Below are positions 59,031 to 64,000 of a stretch of DNA of 64,000 nt, piece after piece (within the stretch, counting starts at the first letter, position 1; the number at the start of each line of letters is the position of its first letter). Origin of the DNA: an uncultured Helicobacter sp. (lineage in GTDB: Bacteria; Campylobacterota; Campylobacteria; Campylobacterales; Helicobacteraceae); NCBI GenBank assembly GCA_949287835.1, contig CASEHV010000014.1, positions 17,576 through 81,575 on the forward strand. Direction: 5' to 3'. A program made the position numbers and the translations under genes. The notes beneath the pieces were generated by a model. The model saw only the letters and a list, made by a program, of their open reading frames with translations. It searched no databases and was not told the DNA's origin.

Positions 59031-60355
59031 TGTATATTGCCATAAGTTTTTCTCATCAAAATGCCGATATGGCATTGCGTGAAAGACTATATTTCTCTAA
59101 TGAGGAAAGCCTTGAGATTCTACCAAAAATATGCTCTATCCCGCAGGTAAGCGAGGCTATTATTCTTTCTACCTGTAATCGCTGTGAGATATATGCCTAC
59201 ATAGATATTAATAATGATTATTATATCATAGCAAAGCAAATATTGCAATGTCTAGCAGAGCATAAACATATAAATTCAGAGATTCTGAATATCGCAAATA
59301 TCATGGTAAATCTTGATGCCATACATCATGTCTTCTGTGTGGCTAGCTCCCTTCTCTCTGTCGTGATTGGCGAGACGCAGATTAGCGGTCAGCTAAAAGT
59401 CGCTTATAAACTAAGCTATGATAATCATTTTTGTGCTAGATTCCTAACGCGTCTTGTGCATTTTGCCTTTCGTTGCGCCGCTAGTGTGAGGGCAAATACG
59501 GATATTTCTAAAAATCCCATTTCCATAGCCTCAGTTGCCTCCTCTCTTGCGATAGATTTTATCCAAAGACATGGTTTAAGTAATGCTGGGATTCTAATTA
59601 TCGGCGTTGGCGAGATGGGGACTTTAGCCCTAAAGCATCTATCAAAGCATCATGTGAAACTCACACTTTGTAATCGCACAAGGCACAAGGCAAAGGCACT
59701 TATAGAATCTCTAGGGCTAGAGTGCGAGGTGCTAGACTTCTCAGTGCTAAAAGATAGAATCAATGATTACGACATAGTGCTAAGTGCGGTGGCAAATGGC
59801 GTTATTATAGAATCTAGCATGATTTGCGCTAAGGAGCAGGTGCGAATGTTCCTTGATTTATCCATGCCTAGAAATTTTGGCTTTAATAAAGAGGATTTGT
59901 CAAAAGAGATTCTAAGCACAGATATTGAGATGGTAGGCATCGATGACTTAAAGATTCTAGCAAAGGAGCATATCGCAAAAAGGGAGGAGAGTGCAAGGAG
60001 TGCTATGGGAATCGTGGGGCGATTTACACATGATTTTTCGCATTGGATAGCTAGTCTTGGCGTAGAGCCTTTGATAAAGACCATGCGGCTAAAGGCAAAG
60101 GAGGCAAGTCTCAAAGAGATTGATAGGGCTATCAAAAAGGGCTTTATCAAAGAGGATATGCGGGATAATGTGATGAAGCTAGTGCATAGTGCTTTTAATG
60201 AGTTTCTACATGAGCCTACTATGAGACTAAAGGATATGTCAGAGGACGAAAATGCGGATTCTATCATCGAGGCGATTAGTAGTGTCTTTGGTATGCAGGA
60301 TAGAATCTTGCTAAACCGCTACAAATGCGAGTATGATAATGTTAGGAATGGGTAG
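59030..60355 (+). CDS. hemA: Glutamyl-tRNA reductase
   Basis: LSTCNRCEIY active-site Cys motif, GETQISGQLK, and a GVGEMG NADPH fold. Confidence 0.9.
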   Translation: MYIAISFSHQNADMALRERLYFSNEESLEILPKICSIPQVSEAIILSTCNRCEIYAYIDINNDYYIIAKQILQCLAEHKHINSEILNIANIMVNLDAIHHVFCVASSLLSVVIGETQISGQLKVAYKLSYDNHFCARFLTRLVHFAFRCAASVRANTDISKNPISIASVASSLAIDFIQRHGLSNAGILIIGVGEMGTLALKHLSKHHVKLTLCNRTRHKAKALIESLGLECEVLDFSVLKDRINDYDIVLSAVANGVIIESSMICAKEQVRMFLDLSMPRNFGFNKEDLSKEILSTDIEMVGIDDLKILAKEHIAKREESARSAMGIVGRFTHDFSHWIASLGVEPLIKTMRLKAKEASLKEIDRAIKKGFIKEDMRDNVMKLVHSAFNEFLHEPTMRLKDMSEDENADSIIEAISSVFGMQDRILLNRYKCEYDNVRNG

Positions 60356-60394
60356 AAAGTCTTTGTTAGATTCTGTTGTGGGGTTTTTGGCTTT

Positions 60395-60840
60395 GTCATG
60401 TGGAGTCTTTGCTTTGTTTAGAATGACTAAGTCGATTTTCAGAATAGCTAATAATGTCATGTTGATGACTTGTTGCTTTGTCATATTGAGTCTTTGCTTC
60501 TGCGTCATGTTGAAGATGTGCTACGTCGTCATGTTGAGGCGTAGCCGAAACATCTCTGTTTTTAGAATCTAATCTTTTTTAGAATCTACTAACATAGATT
60601 CTAATTCCCCCTCGCCTGCAAGGCTGTAGGGGGGGGTGTTAGAATCCAAATAATCTATGTCATGTTGAGACATGGCACAAACATCTTTTATAGATTCTTC
60701 GGCTAACGCCTCAGAATGACGGCTTAGGGATTCTTTGCTTTGCTTAGAATGACTGAGAATCTAGATTCTTCACATGCGTTCGGAATGACACAAATGTCAT
60801 GTTGAGCGATAGCGAAACATCTACATGGAATCTAGATTCT
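60395..60840. repeat. Intergenic cluster 2 of composite hairpin repeats
   Basis: Unit A at 60528-60555, 60659-60686 and 60796-60822. Reversed unit B at 60691-60720. TCTTTGCTTTGYTTAGAATGAC at 60405-60427 and 60731-60753. AGAATCTAGATTCT at 60756-60769 and GGAATCTAGATTCT at 60827-60840. TTAGAATCTA-CTAACA-TAGATTCTAA hairpin at 60579-60604. Confidence 0.85.
60456..60555 (+). repeat. Degenerate tandem array, 4 x 24 bp, each unit starting GTCAT(G/A)TTGA
   Basis: Unit starts at 60456, 60480, 60504 and 60528, an exact 24-nt phase. Only the last unit carries the full CGAAACATCT tail. Confidence 0.8.
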
Positions 60841-60842
60841 AT

Positions 60843-61862
60843 TTAGTTAGGAATCTCCCTTTTTAAACGTGTATGATTCATATATTTATGAATAATTTTC
60901 TTACTATCTGTTAGGATAGCACTCTCATGTCTATTATCCTCTTTGATAGGATAGAAAGATAGAAAGTTAAAACTACCTACCAAAATCCATTCACATATAT
61001 CATCATTCCATAAAAGCACTTTTGAATGGTCGCAGTCCTTTTGCTTATAAAAGCGAAACTGCCTGTCATATTTATCCTCTAATCCTTTTAAAATATTCTC
61101 TACCCTCTCTTTATTATTCTCTTTAATCTCTGTCTTTTTATCCATCATGCCGATACGAATTGTAATGTCCACTCCCCTATTTAGTGCAGATTCTATAAAA
61201 GGCAGATATTTTTCTAAAATAAAATCATATACCCACGGGCATCTAATGTCAATATAGCTTTTAGCATTGCTAAAGACAAGAGAGAAAATATCTAAAATTT
61301 CTCTGCATGATAGAATCTGAACAGAGGAGTTTGTCAGCTCTCTATATCTATCTACACTTGGCAGGGCTATGCTAAAGTCATCTTTTCTAGGCTCTTCTTT
61401 TGGCAGATTAGGAAGAGTAGATTCTAAAGGAGTGGGTTCAAAATGATTTTTGAGATATTCTACTAGCTTTCTAGCATCACTAAGATTCCTATCTGGCATC
61501 TCTTGAGAATAGATTTTAAATCTTGCCTTGATTGGAATAGGATTTGTGTGATTAGAGATGGGATTTTTAAGAGCACTAAAGCAATATAAAAGATTATTTT
61601 TTGCCTTATCTGCACTGCAAAAAAGCATTCTAAACTCCCTATTCTTTGATATAAATTTAATCGCAATCTCTTTTCTGTCATTGTTGGAATCAAAACCATA
61701 GGAAATATATACAAGCTCAGAGCTATCAATCTCTTTTTGCAGAAAATCTACATACTCCTCCTCTGTGTTTAAACCGTTTACCTTTGTCCCCTTGTCTAAT
61801 GAGCCAGCAGACAATAAGATTCCATATATCTCATCATTACCAATAATTTTACTCTCATTCAT
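60843..61862 (-). CDS. Orphan protein: unknown N-terminal domain (~170 aa) + C-terminal single-HKD phospholipase D-family nuclease domain
   Basis: C-terminal DHSKVLLWNDDICEWILVGSFNFLS fits the HxK-x4..D-x6-GSxN PLD nuclease signature. Start probably MNESK (ATG 61862, AGGGG SD); the ORF track starts at 61877. No signal peptide. Confidence 0.7.
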   Translation of the reverse strand: MNESKIIGNDEIYGILLSAGSLDKGTKVNGLNTEEEYVDFLQKEIDSSELVYISYGFDSNNDRKEIAIKFISKNREFRMLFCSADKAKNNLLYCFSALKNPISNHTNPIPIKARFKIYSQEMPDRNLSDARKLVEYLKNHFEPTPLESTLPNLPKEEPRKDDFSIALPSVDRYRELTNSSVQILSCREILDIFSLVFSNAKSYIDIRCPWVYDFILEKYLPFIESALNRGVDITIRIGMMDKKTEIKENNKERVENILKGLEDKYDRQFRFYKQKDCDHSKVLLWNDDICEWILVGSFNFLSFYPIKEDNRHESAILTDSKKIIHKYMNHTRLKREIPN

Positions 61863-61905
61863 GATTATCCCCTGCATGTATACTTTGAGGATATTAAGGC
61901 AGTGT

Positions 61906-61926
61906 TATATATATATATATATATAT
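61906..61926. repeat. (TA)10 dinucleotide repeat in the promoter region of the PLD-domain gene
   Basis: tatatatatatatatatatat at 61906-61926. It lies 29-44 nt upstream of the candidate starts and 48 nt downstream of the TonB-dependent receptor stop. Confidence 0.9.
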
Positions 61927-61973
61927 CTTGTAAGTATCGCATTTATAATCCTTTGATGCAATCATAGCATATT

Positions 61974-64000
61974 TTACCAATCTGCCTTTATGCTAAGCCA
62001 ATAATTCCTGCCGGGTAAATGTCTTTGATAGGCATTGATATAGCTATTACTTGCAACCCTATAATCGATAAAATTCGTATTTAAAATATTATTGAAAGAT
62101 AAGGTAGCGCTAAAATGTTTATAGAATCTATAAGATAGTGCTAAGTCAAGTAGAATATAATCCCTATAAAACTCACCTAGCACCACGCGCGGATTTAGCC
62201 CTCTATTTGTCGGTAGTGTGGGTGTTTGGAAATTCCCCTGCATTCTAATAAATGTTGAGAAATCATTATATTTATAGCTAAGTTTTAGCATTAGCTTATG
62301 TCTAGGAACGGAATTAACAGGCAAACCCTTATTTATCCCAGATAACTGCTCTGTGTATGTAAAAGAATATGAAGCATCAAAGGTTAGAGAATCAATAATA
62401 TTTGCTTGAAATGTCCCTTCAAATCCCGTTAAAAAACTTCTATCTACATTATTAAAAAATTGACAAGTAGTAGCACCGCATGTAAAGCCACCTGGCAAAC
62501 CTGCTCCCATAGTAGCAGTCTGTGTTTGTATTTGGTCTTCAAAATCTGTATAGAATGCAGTTAGTCCCGCATAGATTCTATTTGTATCAAGGATAACGCC
62601 TAATTCATAATTCCACGACTTCTCAGCCTGCAAATCTTTAAATCCATACTGATGCACGCCGCTACCATCGATATTATATAATCCATCATAACTTTGATTT
62701 AGATTCGGTATCAAAAAGCCATTTGCTACCCCTGCCTTTATAGTGAGATAATTCGTAGGATTATAGTTTATATAGAATCTAGGCGTAGGACGTGCGGAGT
62801 AAAGATTTGCATAATTAAGCCTCACTCCTAAAGTAGCCGAGAGGCTAGGTATAATGAAATACTGCCCCTCTGCAAATGCCGCTATTTGATGACTATCTCT
62901 ATTAAAATGATTTGCCCTTATAAATAACTTTTCATATAAATAATAGATTCCACCTGTAAATGCTATATCCCCCCATGATTTTAAGTTAAAGTCATTATTA
63001 TACATAGAGCTTAACACAATAGTATCATTCTGCCTAAGACTAGCGTAGTTAAGAGGACCGCTTACATTTCCAAAGCCACTTGTCATTTGTGGAATCCTCT
63101 GCGTTAGCGTGTATTGCACATAGCTTGATACCTTACCTGCCTTCTCATAATCGCCATCATGGCTTAATATCGCATTTGCCTTATTAAAATCATTTGTGGC
63201 ACTTATCGCACGTGCGGAGGTATTTAACGTAGTGTTTGTGGTATGATAAAACTCACCATCAAAATATATCACATTGCTAGAATCTATCTCATAGCTTAAT
63301 CTACCTCCTAGATTCCATGAATACCACCTACCCGGCGAGTGGCTTGTGTAGGGATTATTATTTGTAAGTTTAACGCCAGAGGGTGCGTAAAAGAAATTTT
63401 CCTGATTGTATTTATACGAGGCTCTTAGATTCCCAAATAATTTATCTTTTATAAGCGGCGAGGCTAAATATGTATTTACCCCATACGAATCTCCCCAATT
63501 TTTCCTTTGCTCCTGAATGGTAGTCTCCACCATAACGCTACCTGTAAAATTCTTTGGATTTTTCTTTGTAATGATATTTATAACGCCACCTAATGCGTCT
63601 GCACCATATATAATAGATGCAGGACCACGAATAACCTCTATTTTCTCAATCATAGATAGCGGTGGCAGAAAGCTAGTATGCGCGCCATTAAAGCCATTTG
63701 CCTCAAATGCTCCATTTACATTTTGTCTTTTTCCATCGATTAGTATTAATGTGTAGCTAGATCTTAAACCACGCATGTAGATTTGATTCTGCCCTGTTTT
63801 TGTAGTCTCCACATATACGCCTGGGACGTCTTGCACCGCATCACCTAAGTCTTTTATAGGGCGGGTTAGAATCTCTTCTTGCGTTACAACCGTAATCGAT
63901 GCTGGTGCATCTTTTATATCTTTTCTAAATCCCGTTGTAGTAGTAACGATTCTATCTAGCTTTTTTAGCGTTTTATCTGTGTTTGCATTATCTGCCTTAT
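61974..64000 (-). CDS. TonB-dependent outer-membrane receptor, 5' end beyond the window
   Basis: The frame stays open upstream of the listed GTG through to the window end (..ITVVTQEEILTRPIKDLGDAVQDVPGVYV = plug domain). IRGPASIIYGADALGGVINIITK motif; C-terminal beta-barrel ends in ..YWLSIKADW. Confidence 0.9.
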   Translation of the reverse strand, partial: KADNANTDKTLKKLDRIVTTTTGFRKDIKDAPASITVVTQEEILTRPIKDLGDAVQDVPGVYVETTKTGQNQIYMRGLRSSYTLILIDGKRQNVNGAFEANGFNGAHTSFLPPLSMIEKIEVIRGPASIIYGADALGGVINIITKKNPKNFTGSVMVETTIQEQRKNWGDSYGVNTYLASPLIKDKLFGNLRASYKYNQENFFYAPSGVKLTNNNPYTSHSPGRWYSWNLGGRLSYEIDSSNVIYFDGEFYHTTNTTLNTSARAISATNDFNKANAILSHDGDYEKAGKVSSYVQYTLTQRIPQMTSGFGNVSGPLNYASLRQNDTIVLSSMYNNDFNLKSWGDIAFTGGIYYLYEKLFIRANHFNRDSHQIAAFAEGQYFIIPSLSATLGVRLNYANLYSARPTPRFYINYNPTNYLTIKAGVANGFLIPNLNQSYDGLYNIDGSGVHQYGFKDLQAEKSWNYELGVILDTNRIYAGLTAFYTDFEDQIQTQTATMGAGLPGGFTCGATTCQFFNNVDRSFLTGFEGTFQANIIDSLTFDASYSFTYTEQLSGINKGLPVNSVPRHKLMLKLSYKYNDFSTFIRMQGNFQTPTLPTNRGLNPRVVLGEFYRDYILLDLALSYRFYKHFSATLSFNNILNTNFIDYRVASNSYINAYQRHLPGRNYWLSIKADW

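Noticed and set aside
60333-60572. 79-aa Cys-rich hydrophobic ORF (..VMLMTCCFVILSLCFCVMLKMCYVVMLRRSRNIS..), plus the 65-aa antisense ORF at 60311-60508 and the 61-aa ORF at 14841-15026
   Set aside because: Their sequences simply read through the 24-bp phased repeat units. There is no SD, and the 79-aa ORF overlaps the hemA end. Most likely these are by-products of the repeats, although the same reading frame (VMLS..) is the one translated in copA.

Overview
This window is a low-GC chromosome segment (roughly 35-37% GC, by eye). I read it as core genome of a non-pylori, enterohepatic-type Helicobacter. The taxonomic inference rests on an HP1043/HsrA-type atypical response regulator, FlaB with a sigma54 promoter, an FlgE2-like hook paralogue, fused CcsBA, FlhX, and a thioesterase plus cholesterol alpha-glucosyltransferase pair.

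Most of the window is housekeeping:
- rpmB, def, gltA, folE, panB, metG, aroB, glmM, rpsT, prfA, hisD, xseA, ispB and hemA
- the rpsF-ssb-rpsR operon and holA
- a compact glucose-uptake and Entner-Doudoroff cluster: edd-eda divergent from zwf-pgl-glk-pgi-gluP

I saw no tRNA, rRNA, CRISPR array, transposase, integrase or reverse transcriptase.

The non-ordinary content is as follows:
1. A family of short hairpin-forming composite repeats (GTCATGTTGAG-N7-CGAAACATCT, GTCATTCTGAG-N7-CGAAGAATCTA, AGAATCTAGATTCT). It builds two ~450-bp intergenic clusters at 14.6-15.05 kb and 60.4-60.84 kb. It also appears in frame inside copA, where it accounts for a ~70-aa insert in the nucleotide-binding domain. 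This is the most interesting signal.
2. The octamer TAGAATCT/AGATTCTA appears about ten-fold over-represented across the window, often as inverted pairs.
3. An orphan protein combines an unknown N-terminal domain with a single-HKD PLD nuclease domain. It sits behind a (TA)10 tract and next to a repeat cluster.
4. The ribose operon is decaying: rbsA is frameshifted and truncated, rbsC is deleted, and rbsB is truncated and frameshifted, while rbsK is intact.
5. A start-less restriction-enzyme N-terminal (PD-ExK) fragment abuts a repeat cluster.
6. A very AT-rich two-gene cassette (metallophosphoesterase plus small membrane protein) and two orphan small ORFs lie downstream of copA.

All motif counts were made by hand and need recomputation.
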